Below are positions 1 through 10,046 of a DNA stretch of 64,000 nucleotides, piece by piece; the stretch's first letter is position 1; every line of letters starts with the position of its first letter. The notes below the pieces were generated by a model that searched no databases, had not been told where the DNA came from, and worked only from the letters and a program-made list of their open reading frames with translations. Origin of the DNA: an uncultured archaeon. Its GTDB lineage: Archaea; Asgardarchaeota; Thorarchaeia; Thorarchaeales; Thorarchaeaceae. The stretch lies in assembly GCA_964610875.1 (NCBI GenBank), contig CAZSWP010000012.1, forward strand, positions 1-64,000, read 5' to 3'. Made by a program: the position numbers and the translations under genes.

Positions 1-300
1 ATAGCACCACGTGACGTATCGCGGCAGCTCCTCGACTCTGGGTATATCGTACCTGGATTCCGGAGGAGCGAGAAGGTGCTGGAACGCCTTCTTGAAAGGT
101 ACATTCCCGTCGTTGCAGGGCTTGGCGGATTCCTGGTCGGAGTTTTGGCAGCCGCAGCAGACATCATGGGTGCGCTTGCGTCTGGTACAGGTATCCTGCT
201 GATGGTATCTATCATCAAGCAATACTACGAGCAGCTTGCCAAAGAACAGTTGTCCGAGATGGGCGGCGAAGGCGTCGCTGGATTACTTGGAATTCTATAA
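1..300 (+). CDS. secY: Preprotein translocase SecY/Sec61alpha, C-terminal part (5' end outside window)
   Basis: Frame 1 is open from base 1: IAPRDVSRQLLDSGYIVPGFRRSEKVLERLLERYIP...SGTGILLMVSIIKQYYEQL, the archaeal SecY C-terminus; upstream of adk. Confidence 0.95.
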   Translation: MAPRDVSRQLLDSGYIVPGFRRSEKVLERLLERYIPVVAGLGGFLVGVLAAAADIMGALASGTGILLMVSIIKQYYEQLAKEQLSEMGGEGVAGLLGIL

Positions 301-307
301 CGTGATT

Positions 308-348
308 AAGGAGGAGTTTCTGACTCCTCTTTCCCTCCTTATTTTTTT
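308..348 (+). terminator. Hairpin plus T-tract after secY
   Basis: GAGGAGT-ttctg-ACTCCTC stem (311-329) followed by T7 (342-348). Confidence 0.6.
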
Positions 349-401
349 GTAAAGTTATCCCTTTCACGATTTCCAGTAACTATATTTAATCGAAGTTATT
401 C

Positions 402-678
402 ATGAAGATTTGGGTACTTATATCCGGTATTTTCTTTGATAGTTATTCCTGAAACCGACTGGCCATTAATGCTACCAGTTTCTAGATGGCTTGTAGACAC
501 CTCAACTTGGGACAAATCGTCTATCACACCCGAAACTTCTACTGCGACTACTGAAACAGGCACTATTCAAACGACAACAACTACACAACAGAAACTAGTA
601 CCAGAACTGGTTATCGTCCTAGGACTGTCTGCTGTAGTTGTCTTGGTTATTGTCGTATATGCAGCTAAAAGACGATAA
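402..678 (+). pseudogene. Remnant of a membrane-anchored surface protein (Thr-rich linker plus C-terminal TM helix)
   Basis: ORF 436-678 ends in TTTTT linker, hydrophobic helix and KRR; ATG at 402 gives a signal-like MKIWVLISGIF in another frame. Confidence 0.4.
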
Positions 679-778
679 TCTAATGAGAAGAATGTCATCG
701 AATACAGTATAATTGACTATCTCTGAAAGAGGAATACTCTCTTCATCTTCTTTATTGGTCATAAAGAGCCTCAATATA

Positions 779-1060
779 TTAGCGTAGAAATACTTCATCA
801 AGAAGTCCCATCTTATCAATGGCTTTGACAACATGTGAGAGACCTACTAGATACCCACATGCATTACAGCCAAAACTGGTTGGACCATACCATTCTACAC
901 CCCGATTGAGATCAATTGATTTTCCACATCTTGGACATGGGAATGGATGTTGCTTTGATATCTCTAGGATACTCCTTGTGACCGAATGGAATGTGATTGG
1001 CTGTTTCTTTGAATATTCTTCTTTGCTATATGATGGGTATGTGTCGATTCTCTTCTGCAT
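779..1060 (-). CDS. Small zinc-ribbon protein
   Basis: CPRCG...CNACG pair; GGAGG RBS-like sequence upstream of the ATG. Confidence 0.6.
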   Translation of the reverse strand: MQKRIDTYPSYSKEEYSKKQPITFHSVTRSILEISKQHPFPCPRCGKSIDLNRGVEWYGPTSFGCNACGYLVGLSHVVKAIDKMGLLDEVFLR

Positions 1061-1203
1061 GATTTGGCCTCCGGATTATATTAGTTGCAGTCTATCAAGA
1101 AATATTGTAAAACCGTATAGTCAAAAGACTGTGTAATACTCACTCGTTCTCTTTTCGGTCAATAAAATCAATATACTAAAAGGAGAATCACTCCGGACTC
1201 AAT

Positions 1204-1673
1204 ATGTTTGGGGAAACCAAGGTCTCAACTTACATCACTAGAGGAGCTTATCTTTTTGTTTTTCGTGAGAGAGGATTTACGCAAGGCGGTTTGCAAGTAC
1301 CAACGGTTCTCCTGAAGAAGGTGAAACTCTGGAAGATGCCGTCCTAAGAGAAGCAACTGAGGAAACTGGCCTTACTTCTTTGCAGATATCATCTTATCTG
1401 GGTAGACGCACGTTTGATAATTCAATCTGGGGTCCAAATGCTATTCATCATAGACATTTCTTTCATCTTCTATGTGATGAAACTACTCCTGACAAGTGGA
1501 GTTATGAGGAAAAGGACCTATCAATCAGAATAGATGCTACACCTGAGCAAATTATTTTCGATTTTCACTGGATAGAACTACCTGATGACGTCCCCGAATT
1601 ACAATTGGGACATGATGCATTTCTAGACAGCCTGCTTCTGAACATGGACCTTAAGAACTCGACTACAGAATGA
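1204..1673 (+). pseudogene. NUDIX hydrolase with a single -1 frameshift near 1302
   Basis: ATG 1204 gives MFGETKVSTYITRGAYLFVFRERGFTQGGLQVP; the -1 frame continues GSPEEGETLEDAVLREATEETGL (Nudix box) into ORF 1380-1673. Confidence 0.8.
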
Positions 1674-1725
1674 TATATAACGCCTTCATTGGGTGTTCGG
1701 ATAATTACAGAAGGATGTATCAAGC

Positions 1726-2316
1726 GTGAGTGAACCACTGAACATTGTTATTGTTACTGGAATCCCTGGTGTCGGTAAGACTACCGTGATCAACTCTGCA
1801 GTGGAGCAAGTAAAAGATAGGCATGGTGAAGATGTGCTTGTTCTGAATTTTGGGACTGAAATGTTTGAAGTCGCCTCTGCTGAAGGTTTCGTCAAAGATA
1901 GGGATGAGATGCGAAAGATGCCAACAGCAAAGCAACGTGAAATTCAGAAATTGGCTGGTGCTGCCATCGCTGAAAAAGCAAAAGATGCACGTGTCATTGT
2001 TGATACACATACATTGATTCAAACAAACAATGGCTATCTGATTGGACTTCCAGAGTGGGTTGTCAGAGCTATCGGTCCAAAAACAGTTGTTCTGGTTGAG
2101 GCTGACTCCGAGAAAATCGCTTTACGTCGTGCTGAGGACCCCACACGAACACGTGATGAACAGCAGGTTGATGTGATTGAAATACATCAGCAAATGTGTC
2201 GCGCAGCAGCTGTGTCGGTGGGTACTTTAACTGGTGCGACCGTAAGAATCATCAAGAACCGTCAAGGTATGATTGAAGAGGCTGGAAGTGAGTTAGCATC
2301 AGCCCTCATGGAGTAG
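1726..2316 (+). CDS. adkA: Archaeal adenylate kinase
   Basis: GIPGVGKTT P-loop, NFG, VDTH, GLP motifs; position after secY. Confidence 0.95.
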   Translation: MSEPLNIVIVTGIPGVGKTTVINSAVEQVKDRHGEDVLVLNFGTEMFEVASAEGFVKDRDEMRKMPTAKQREIQKLAGAAIAEKAKDARVIVDTHTLIQTNNGYLIGLPEWVVRAIGPKTVVLVEADSEKIALRRAEDPTRTRDEQQVDVIEIHQQMCRAAAVSVGTLTGATVRIIKNRQGMIEEAGSELASALME

Positions 2317-2323
2317 AACATTA

Positions 2324-2881
2324 ATGCAGGACATATTTGCAGAAATCGTTGCATGGTTTTCACAGACATTTGCAGTAGCAGCTTCACCGCCATGGGCTGC
2401 TCCCCTTATCATGACGGTTTCTGTGCTCGTGTCCTCTCTGAGCAACCTTGCAATGAGACGGTTTGCTGATATGAGGCGGCTGAAAAGAATTCAAGCAGAA
2501 GTAAAACAATATCAGGAATTACAAAAACAAGCTCAGAAGACACAAAATGAAAAACTTCTGAGAAAGGTCAAACGAAGGAAAGCGTACATTGATCGTATCC
2601 AACGTGAAATGATGACCACTCGTTGTAAACCTTCTCTGATCTTCCTGGTCCCCTTCATGCTGATGTTTTCTATTTTGCGTGCATTTTATGCACCTGATGG
2701 TGTCGATGTTGTGGTTGCAATTCTTCCTTTCAATGCTGACAAGATTTTGCCATTTCTTGTTGGAATGATTGGAGTGTCAACGCCTGCAGGGTTTGGAATG
2801 ACATTCATAGGTTTCTATTTCCTTGCAGGACTTGGTCTGAGTAGCATTCTTCAGAGAATAATGGGGACTCAGATAACATAG
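2324..2881 (+). CDS. EMC3/TMCO1/Get1-family (DUF106) membrane insertase
   Basis: TM1, cytosolic coiled coil, two further TM segments; conserved position between adk and rpl34e. Confidence 0.88.
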   Translation: MQDIFAEIVAWFSQTFAVAASPPWAAPLIMTVSVLVSSLSNLAMRRFADMRRLKRIQAEVKQYQELQKQAQKTQNEKLLRKVKRRKAYIDRIQREMMTTRCKPSLIFLVPFMLMFSILRAFYAPDGVDVVVAILPFNADKILPFLVGMIGVSTPAGFGMTFIGFYFLAGLGLSSILQRIMGTQIT

Positions 2882-2951
2882 AGGTATTACAGATACACCG
2901 TTTGGCTTAAAAGGACAAACTGATGGGAGCAGCCAAGATAAGACTGAAACA

Positions 2952-3230
2952 TTGGTGATTTTAATGCCAAGGCCTGGAATGTTGACAAGAGGACGAGTAA
3001 ATCGTAGAGTGAAGACCCCGGGTGGTCGTTTGACTCTACATAGAAGGAAAAACTACACATCACGAGGCACTTGTGCACTCACTGGTAAGCGGATGCAGCT
3101 TCCTAAGAAAGCAAAACTGGGTGAAAGTCAAAATGCCAGTGGTTCCGCAAAGCGGTCCAATAGACCTTATGGCGGATACGCACGAGCAAAAGCTGTACGT
3201 AGAGGTATTATTAGAGCCATAAGAGAATAG
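2952..3230 (+). CDS. rpl34e: 50S ribosomal protein L34e
   Basis: VKTPGG and RPYGG motifs, basic; most Zn-finger Cys absent. Confidence 0.92.
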   Translation: MVILMPRPGMLTRGRVNRRVKTPGGRLTLHRRKNYTSRGTCALTGKRMQLPKKAKLGESQNASGSAKRSNRPYGGYARAKAVRRGIIRAIRE

Positions 3231-3234
3231 AAAG

Positions 3235-3768
3235 ATGAATTCCATTACGGTCACTCTCGGTGGACTTCACGGTACAGGGAAAAGTTCCACAGCTGATATG
3301 GTGGCCAAACGATTCAATTTGAGAAGACTATCTGCTGGTGGCATATTTCGGCAATTGGCAGAAGAGCGAGGATTGTCTCTAGAGGAATTTAGTCGTGTTG
3401 CAGAAGAAGACTCCTCAATTGATCATGAACTCGATTCACGATTAAAGTCCGAAGCTGAAAAGGGAAATGTTCTACTTGATGGACAATTGGCCGCTTGGAT
3501 GGCAGGTAAGAACGCTGGTCTGAAGGTTCTTCTAATTGCACGTGACGAAGTACGAATCCGACGAATAGCTGAGCGAGATGATGTCAGTTTCGAACATGCT
3601 AAGCATGAAACCTTAACAAGAGAAGAGATTGAGCGTGACAGGTACAAGGAATTCTATGGTGTTGATATAGCTGATAGGTCAATATATGACCTGATTATTA
3701 ACACGGAAAAATTTGACATTGATGGCGTAACTGCTATTATTTCTCAGGCAATTGAGCTTCTTTTGTGA
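3235..3768 (+). CDS. cmk: Cytidylate kinase (archaeal type)
   Basis: GLHGTGKSS P-loop, SAGGIFRQLA, RYKEFYGVD, YDLIINT. Confidence 0.93.
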   Translation: MNSITVTLGGLHGTGKSSTADMVAKRFNLRRLSAGGIFRQLAEERGLSLEEFSRVAEEDSSIDHELDSRLKSEAEKGNVLLDGQLAAWMAGKNAGLKVLLIARDEVRIRRIAERDDVSFEHAKHETLTREEIERDRYKEFYGVDIADRSIYDLIINTEKFDIDGVTAIISQAIELLL

Positions 3769-3911
3769 CTGGATGAGAATGTTAGTCAAAGCGGAAGGCT
3801 GATATTGGGTCTTCATCAGAGAACGTCAAAATCTCCCCACCAATCTCGGGATGATTTACCCGAGGCGACTCTGGAAACTCGATGGACCGGGATGGGTTGA
3901 GGTGTTGAAAT

Positions 3912-4193
3912 ATGACATTATACGAAATTGGTAGAATCTGTGTAAAACTGATGGGAAGAGAAGCAGGCAGTTACTGCGTTATTATCAATGAGACTGACTC
4001 AAAAATGGTAGAAGTCACAGGACCTAAAGACCTGAGTGGCGTGAGACGTCGACCTTGCAATATCCATCATCTAGAACCACTAGAGCAAACACTTGACATC
4101 AAAAAAGGTGCGAGTGATGATGATGTGAAGAAGGCACTCGACGAAGCTGGTCTTACAGAGAGATTCAGGACCAAAGTTCGTATCCAAGAGTAG
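3912..4193 (+). CDS. rpl14e: 50S ribosomal protein L14e
   Basis: IGRICVKLMGREAG...VTGPK...GVRRR.CNIHHLEP. Confidence 0.95.
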   Translation: MTLYEIGRICVKLMGREAGSYCVIINETDSKMVEVTGPKDLSGVRRRPCNIHHLEPLEQTLDIKKGASDDDVKKALDEAGLTERFRTKVRIQE

Positions 4194-4234
4194 ATGTTTT
4201 TAACGTGGTCTGATTTAGTATGGAGTGACCACAA

Positions 4235-5236
4235 ATGGGCCAACTTCCTGCAGATAGACCACGAGAAGTACTACTCAGAGCAGTTGATACTACAAATCCA
4301 GAGTATGGATTATCGTCACTGGAGAACCTTCCAGTAGAGTTACTTTTACAGAATGGTGTGGTCAGCCTCGATAAACCATCCGGACCGACAAGCCATGAAA
4401 TTGCTACTTGGGTACGTAAAATTCTGAACTCGGATCGTGCTGGTCACTCGGGTACTCTTGATCCAGCTGTGACTGGAATTCTCCCCATTGGAGTTGGGGA
4501 AGCCACAAAAGCGATGAATGCCCTCCTTCCAGCAGGAAAGGAGTATGTCTGTGTGCTTGAGCTACATAATCAAGCTCCTGAAGAAGACATCAGACGTGTT
4601 ATCGACGAATTCACAGGAAAACTATACCAAAAACCTCCGCTTCGCTCTTCTGTAAAGAGAATTCTTAGAGTGAGAGAAGTATACTATAACAACATTCTTG
4701 AGATCAAAGGTCGTCTTGTTCTGTTTAGAGTTGGCTGTCAGGCAGGTACCTACATTCGTAAGCTCTGTTTTGATATTGGGGAAGCACTAGGTGTTGGAGG
4801 TCATATGCGCGAGTTGAGACGTTCTCGTGTCGGACCTTTCAAGGAAGATGAACGCCTATGTACATTACATGACTTGAAGGACGCGTATCATTTTTGGAAA
4901 GATGATGGTGATGATACTGACATTAGACGATATCTACTACCGGTAGAATCAGCCCTAGCTCATCTCCCTGAGATTGTTGTACGTGACAGTGCAGTGGATG
5001 CACTCTGTCATGGTGCAAATCTAGCTGCTAATGGTGTTGTTTCAGTTCATAGTGGTATCAAAGAAGGTGACTTAGTTGTCATTAAGACTATGAAAGGAGA
5101 AGCAATCTCTCTAGCAGAATCCAATCATATCAGTGAAAAGATAGTGTCCTCTTCAAAGGGTATAGTTGCCACAACAGAACGTGTTCTTATGGAGCGTGGT
5201 CGATACCCGTCTATGTGGAAACGTAAGGATGAGTAG
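4235..5236 (+). CDS. cbf5: RNA-guided pseudouridine synthase Cbf5 (TruB family, PUA domain)
   Basis: LDKPSGPTSHE, GHSGTLDP, GTYIRKLC, C-terminal PUA. Confidence 0.97.
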   Translation: MGQLPADRPREVLLRAVDTTNPEYGLSSLENLPVELLLQNGVVSLDKPSGPTSHEIATWVRKILNSDRAGHSGTLDPAVTGILPIGVGEATKAMNALLPAGKEYVCVLELHNQAPEEDIRRVIDEFTGKLYQKPPLRSSVKRILRVREVYYNNILEIKGRLVLFRVGCQAGTYIRKLCFDIGEALGVGGHMRELRRSRVGPFKEDERLCTLHDLKDAYHFWKDDGDDTDIRRYLLPVESALAHLPEIVVRDSAVDALCHGANLAANGVVSVHSGIKEGDLVVIKTMKGEAISLAESNHISEKIVSSSKGIVATTERVLMERGRYPSMWKRKDE

Positions 5237-5266
5237 AGTTTTATCAATAGAATCCGTAAGTGAATC

Positions 5267-5610
5267 GGCCTCGGAGCAGAAGCGCGACTAACGGGCCCGT
5301 ACTAACGGGAACTGAGGAAACTCCTGACTACATGTCGGAGCCAGTCCTACGCGAGTAGGAAGGTGAGAGCCTTGCTCTGGGAACAGAAACGACACCCCCT
5401 GTCTGCATTCGACAATGATACAGCATTCTAAGCTGTTGAGGAGCATTCAGGACCGGTTGAAACGGCCCAACACTGGGTAGCAATCCCAAGAATAGGCATG
5501 TGATGTTCCGACCTGATGCCTAGGGTAGGGAGCTTAGTTTGATGTTGCAAGGTCAAGTTCGGTGACGTGCTTGACGGAACAGAATCAGGGTCATTCTCTG
5601 GACCGAGGCC
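5267..5610 (+). ncRNA. rnpB: Archaeal RNase P RNA
   Basis: Terminal helix GGCCTCGG/CCGAGGCC; conserved GAGGAAACTCC, ACAGAAA, GTTGAAACGGC and 3' AACAGAA elements in the expected order. Confidence 0.92.
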
Positions 5611-5638
5611 ACATTCATTGTTCCTTCTCAGTTTGGTC

Positions 5639-6286
5639 TCAAGTGTTAGCTTGTTTTTCCTCCCACCAAGCTTCCTCTTCCTTCCATGGTGTTTTATATT
5701 CGTCCTTCCATGGTCCTCTGTACCTCATAAGAATAATACCGACAATGAGTGCAATGGGAATCGGACCAGAATAGGCTAGTACTCCAGCTTGCACAATTGA
5801 TGTATATCCTAGAAGACCCATTACCAATCCGGGCATGATTGAAAGAACTCCATAACCAAAACACATTCTCTTTGAGAGCTTACCAACACAATAGCGAACA
5901 ACCTGAAGGGCAAATAAAATTGGTAGGAACCAGAAGAAGAAAGTGTTAATCATTATCATAGGATTAAGAACATGCCATCCATACCCTTCAACACCAAATA
6001 TTCTTGGATGGTCATTTCCAGATGGTGGATAATAGATCCAGAGTACAAACACATAGATCATGTCAACCCACTTCACTTCTTCCTCCAAATACCAATACTC
6101 TCCCCTTCCAAAAGTTATCACTGCAACAGGAAAAATGAGTGTCACAATCATCATAATGATTGCCACATATCTGAGAGGAATTGTACCTAGATATCTCTTG
6201 ACTCTAATTAACACTCTTCCACACTCTCTAGAAACCATTAGAAATGCATGGATTAAAAGCATTGGCTCTAGTATGGATACTCTCAT
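5639..6286 (-). CDS. Hypothetical multi-pass membrane protein (true start may be downstream)
   Basis: Several hydrophobic segments, charged C-terminal tail. Confidence 0.7.
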   Translation of the reverse strand: MRVSILEPMLLIHAFLMVSRECGRVLIRVKRYLGTIPLRYVAIIMMIVTLIFPVAVITFGRGEYWYLEEEVKWVDMIYVFVLWIYYPPSGNDHPRIFGVEGYGWHVLNPMIMINTFFFWFLPILFALQVVRYCVGKLSKRMCFGYGVLSIMPGLVMGLLGYTSIVQAGVLAYSGPIPIALIVGIILMRYRGPWKDEYKTPWKEEEAWWEEKQANT

Positions 6287-6831
6287 TTTGTATGCGCATT
6301 CATTATCTCTTCTTGTACTTTTACAACTTCGCTACTGTCAACACACTCTGCATAGGCATCCAACCATTCTTTATTCAGTGTTAGAAATGAAGTCCCCCAC
6401 TTGAATACTGACATGATGTCTGCGGCTTGTTCTCTCTCACCGATTATGTACAGAGAGGCAGCTAAAGCCTCTGCTGTTGAGAGCTTGATTGGTTTGTATG
6501 TATTGATTGGATTTGCAGCTAAGAGATAGGGAAGAGCTCGATGTAGACCATGTTTCACTCTACGGAAGATATCTTCAGCTTGTTTCCAAGAACAATCAAG
6601 ACCGATTAGACCTGATCGGATAATCCTCTCACGATCAGATGGGGACAGTGCGATTTCAGACACTGGATTGAGAACAATAGCTCCCTTGGGTATCCCTCTC
6701 ATATCATGAATTGTCTTTGCTTTCTGCATTCTTTCGAGTCGGATTCCTGTGCATTTCTTCGGATCACATTGAGATGCATGATAGATGATTACTCTTGGCA
6801 TGAGCTTCTTCTCAGAGAACCAACCTTTCAC
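6283..6831 (-). CDS. tsr3: rRNA aminocarboxypropyltransferase Tsr3 (DUF367)
   Basis: QCDPKKCTG, LDCSW, RALPYLLAANPIN, KLSTAEA, FKWG..FL.LN. Confidence 0.95.
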   Translation of the reverse strand: MKGWFSEKKLMPRVIIYHASQCDPKKCTGIRLERMQKAKTIHDMRGIPKGAIVLNPVSEIALSPSDRERIIRSGLIGLDCSWKQAEDIFRRVKHGLHRALPYLLAANPINTYKPIKLSTAEALAASLYIIGEREQAADIMSVFKWGTSFLTLNKEWLDAYAECVDSSEVVKVQEEIMNAHTK

Positions 6832-6892
6832 AAGAGATTTGTGTATTACTATATGTCTAGAGGTTGTCTAAAAATGACTACTAGGGATATCA

Positions 6893-7144
6893 ATGATACC
6901 ATGTGAGATATGTGGAGTACAACATGAAGAGCTTGCAAAATGCAGAATGTGCGGTTCTCTGATATGCGATGAGTGCACATCCGGTGAAAATGAACTCTGT
7001 CTTGTCTGCATGGAGGCAAAGTGCTCTATATGTGGCGAGTATCTCTCATCTCGTGCCTGCAATATTTGTGGAGCGTTGGTCTGTGAGGACCATGGCATTC
7101 GTGTGAATGAGGCTACTATCTGTGAGAACTGTCAGGCGAAGTAA
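6893..7144 (+). CDS. Small Cys-rich protein with two tandem zinc-finger units
   Basis: Eight CxxC/CxxH pairs arranged as two similar ~37-aa repeats. Confidence 0.8.
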   Translation: MIPCEICGVQHEELAKCRMCGSLICDECTSGENELCLVCMEAKCSICGEYLSSRACNICGALVCEDHGIRVNEATICENCQAK

Positions 7145-7146
7145 CA

Positions 7147-8478
7147 ATGGGTCAAGAACATATTGAGATAGGAATGGATGATATTGACAGCCCTACTGGA
7201 GGGTGTACCACTCATTTTGCTTCATTACTAGTATCGGAATTAGAACAACATGTTTCTGAGTGGTTGGACTATCCAAATCTCGTTCGACTAAACCCAAACA
7301 TCCCGTATCGTACTCGGGGTAATGGCGCTGTGGCTCTGAGATTTATGATTGATTCCGAGTATGTTGATGACCTTATTCCAAACATCCGAAATCTTGTTGC
7401 TGACTACGCTAACACTAGCTATACAAACACAAATCCTGGAATCGTACTGATTCGAAGTACACCTGATGAATGCATCCGGAGTTTCTCTCAGAGGGCGCTT
7501 TGGAGGACCTTACCTGTAGCACTAGCTCGCAGACTGATTTCAAAACTAGATTTGGTATATTCTGCATCTGGAAATGGTAGGGGTTTGATAGGAGCTTTAG
7601 CAGCATTAGGTAACGAATTGAAAGGTGATTACACCTACGAGTACATTGCATACCGTTCTCTTACAGATTGTAAAAGACCTCGAAATGTTGACAAAGCTTC
7701 AGTATTAGAGATGGACAAAATCATGGGGGACAGGACTTTCTCCAATATTGATCTATCGTCTGATACTATTCTGATTGAACCACAAGGTCCTGATCCTGTT
7801 CTCTACGGAATCCGTGGTGAAAGGCCTCACGATTTGATTGAAGCAGCAAGTTATGTGGAGAGTGGTCAAACAGTTACTCGTTGGATGATTTTCAGAACAA
7901 ATCAAGGAACTGATGAACACCTCTCTCACATGCTGAAGATAGCTGAACTTCGCCCGTATATGTCAGCAAAAGTATCCTGTAAAGTAATCCAACGACCTCA
8001 TATTATTGAAGGTGGGCATGTCATTCTTAGAGTAGCAGATGAAACAGGCTCGATTGACTGTGCTGCCTATGAACCCACTGGTGATTTTCGATGGGTAATA
8101 GATAAGCTCATAGAAAACGACAGACTCATTCTTCATGCTGGCGTACGTCCTGCATCTCGTTCTCACGGTCTCACACTCAATATTGAGGGAGTAAAAATTC
8201 AAAATCTTGCAAAAGAGGTTCAACTTCACAATCCACCATGTCCGGAATGTGGTCGTACATTGAAAAGCGCTGGGAAAGATAAGGGCTTCAAATGTTTCAA
8301 TTGTGGCTACAAGAGTTCAGAAATGGAGAAATTACAGTTAGAAATCAAACGAGAAATCACAAAAGGAATGTATTTGCCAAGACCTGGAGCTCAAAGGCAT
8401 TTAACACGTCCACTAGTAAGAACATTTCGAAAGAATCAACTGCCTGTGATTGAGATAGACCAATGGCATATGCCATAG
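7147..8478 (+). CDS. tiaS: tRNA(Ile2) 2-agmatinylcytidine synthetase
   Basis: IGMDDIDS..GGCTTH, LVRLNPNIPYRTRGNGA, GRGLIGALAA, GPDPVLYGIRG, TNQGTD, Zn ribbon. Confidence 0.96.
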   Translation: MGQEHIEIGMDDIDSPTGGCTTHFASLLVSELEQHVSEWLDYPNLVRLNPNIPYRTRGNGAVALRFMIDSEYVDDLIPNIRNLVADYANTSYTNTNPGIVLIRSTPDECIRSFSQRALWRTLPVALARRLISKLDLVYSASGNGRGLIGALAALGNELKGDYTYEYIAYRSLTDCKRPRNVDKASVLEMDKIMGDRTFSNIDLSSDTILIEPQGPDPVLYGIRGERPHDLIEAASYVESGQTVTRWMIFRTNQGTDEHLSHMLKIAELRPYMSAKVSCKVIQRPHIIEGGHVILRVADETGSIDCAAYEPTGDFRWVIDKLIENDRLILHAGVRPASRSHGLTLNIEGVKIQNLAKEVQLHNPPCPECGRTLKSAGKDKGFKCFNCGYKSSEMEKLQLEIKREITKGMYLPRPGAQRHLTRPLVRTFRKNQLPVIEIDQWHMP

Positions 8479-8506
8479 GATGAAAAAGTATGTTTTGTGT
8501 GTTTAA

Positions 8507-8905
8507 TCACACACGTCGTCCTCTGCGGCCACCAGGTTTACGCGTACCATCATGAGGCATTGGAGTGACTTCATCAATAATACCAATTCTTAAACCGGCT
8601 CTGCTGAGGGCTCGAATTGCAGCTTGTGCACCTGGGCCAGGAGTCTTTGGACCATGGCCTCCTGGAGCTCGTACTCTGATATGAATTCCATAGATTCCTT
8701 TGTCTTTAGCTTCTCTTGCTGCCTGAAAAGCAGCTTGCATAGCTGCGTGTGGAGATGATTCATTTCTGTCAGCTTTGACCATCATTCCACCAGAAACGCG
8801 TGCGATGGTTTCTGCACCAGTAATGTCTGTGATATGAATTATGGAATCGTTATAGGAAGCATAAATGTGAGCAATACCCCACTTATCTCGTTCTTCTTTA
8901 CTCAT
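8507..8905 (-). CDS. rps11: 30S ribosomal protein S11
   Basis: [39 protein letters not shown]; start placed at MSKEERDK. Confidence 0.97.
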   Translation of the reverse strand: MSKEERDKWGIAHIYASYNDSIIHITDITGAETIARVSGGMMVKADRNESSPHAAMQAAFQAAREAKDKGIYGIHIRVRAPGGHGPKTPGPGAQAAIRALSRAGLRIGIIDEVTPMPHDGTRKPGGRRGRRV

Positions 8906-9482
8906 CGGGTTTTCCTCCCTTTTCGTCAATTTTCTCTGGAACTTCAGCTGATACTCGCTTGGCTGTATTAGATGCAGCTAGTCTTGCAGGATGTGATTCG
9001 TCATTTAGTGGTGATTTGTTAGCATAACCCACTCTATCCTCTTCAGCAGATGAGATGACTCTTCTAGGCGTAGTTACTTTTGCACCATCAATAGCAATGT
9101 GTCCATGAGTGACTAACTGCCTTGCATGATACATTGAACAGGAAAACCCTTTCCTGAAGACAATCGTCTGTAGCCTTCGTTCGAGAACATCTTCAAGAGT
9201 AAGGTCCAGTACATGATCAAGTGACGCATCTTTAAGCATGCCCAGACGAATAAGCTTGTCAATAAGTTCCTTCTCCATTGTTGCTCTCTCTTCTGCAGGT
9301 AATGCTAGAAGGTTTCTTGCTTGTCTTCTGTAAAGAGAAAGGTCTGTTCGGTGTCGCCAGAGTTCGCGTTTGTTCCTTAGACCATATGAACCTATGAGTT
9401 GAAGCTCCTGTTCAAATCTATCACTGTCATAGGGCTTCTTTGGTGCAACGTACTTCTTTTTCTGCTTTCGTGGATCTCCCAT
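8898..9482 (-). CDS. rps4: 30S ribosomal protein S4
   Basis: [40 protein letters not shown]. Confidence 0.97.
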   Translation of the reverse strand: MGDPRKQKKKYVAPKKPYDSDRFEQELQLIGSYGLRNKRELWRHRTDLSLYRRQARNLLALPAEERATMEKELIDKLIRLGMLKDASLDHVLDLTLEDVLERRLQTIVFRKGFSCSMYHARQLVTHGHIAIDGAKVTTPRRVISSAEEDRVGYANKSPLNDESHPARLAASNTAKRVSAEVPEKIDEKGGKPDE

Positions 9483-9495
9483 AGTCTACACCACT

Positions 9496-9948
9496 CTATA
9501 GTTTCTTTCTTGACACACCGACAGCTGCGCCACCTCTTCCTGTGGTGCGCGTGTGCTGACCTCTTACTTTGAGTCCTTGAGAGTGTCTGTAACCTCTCCA
9601 AGATTTTATACGCTTGAGACGTTCAATATCGTTCTTTTGAGTGAAATCCAAATCCGAGCCTAAGAGATGCAACATCTTTCCTGTCCTTCTGTCTCTTTGT
9701 CTATTCACATACCATGTTGGAATCTTTGCATCCACTGGTGACTTGACTATCTTTTCGATCTCAGATATCTCATCAACTGTAAGATAACCCAGTCTGTTAC
9801 TTGGGTTTAACTCTAACATCTTAATGACAGTCTTAGACAATCTAAGACCCACTCCTCTAATCTTAGTCATACCTTGGAGTAGGGTTTCTTGGCCATCAAT
9901 ATCATGGCCTGCTATTCTTACGATGTGTTTGTATTCTTGCTCGGACAT
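9496..9948 (-). CDS. rps13: 30S ribosomal protein S13
   Basis: IVRIAG.DIDG, IRGVG, SWRGYRH..GLKVRGQHTRTTGR. Confidence 0.97.
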   Translation of the reverse strand: MSEQEYKHIVRIAGHDIDGQETLLQGMTKIRGVGLRLSKTVIKMLELNPSNRLGYLTVDEISEIEKIVKSPVDAKIPTWYVNRQRDRRTGKMLHLLGSDLDFTQKNDIERLKRIKSWRGYRHSQGLKVRGQHTRTTGRGGAAVGVSRKKL

Positions 9949-10046
9949 GGTCTGTAACCTCATCCAGAATGACCTGAGGCTTTGTTCGCCTCTTGAAGTC
10001 TCCTTATAACCGTTGTCATCGAGCTGCTTCCGATAAGCGCTCTAAC

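Noticed and set aside
5562-5779. Short plus-strand ORFs 5562-5774 and 5567-5779
   Set aside because: They overlap the RNase P RNA 3' end and are antisense to a membrane-protein gene.
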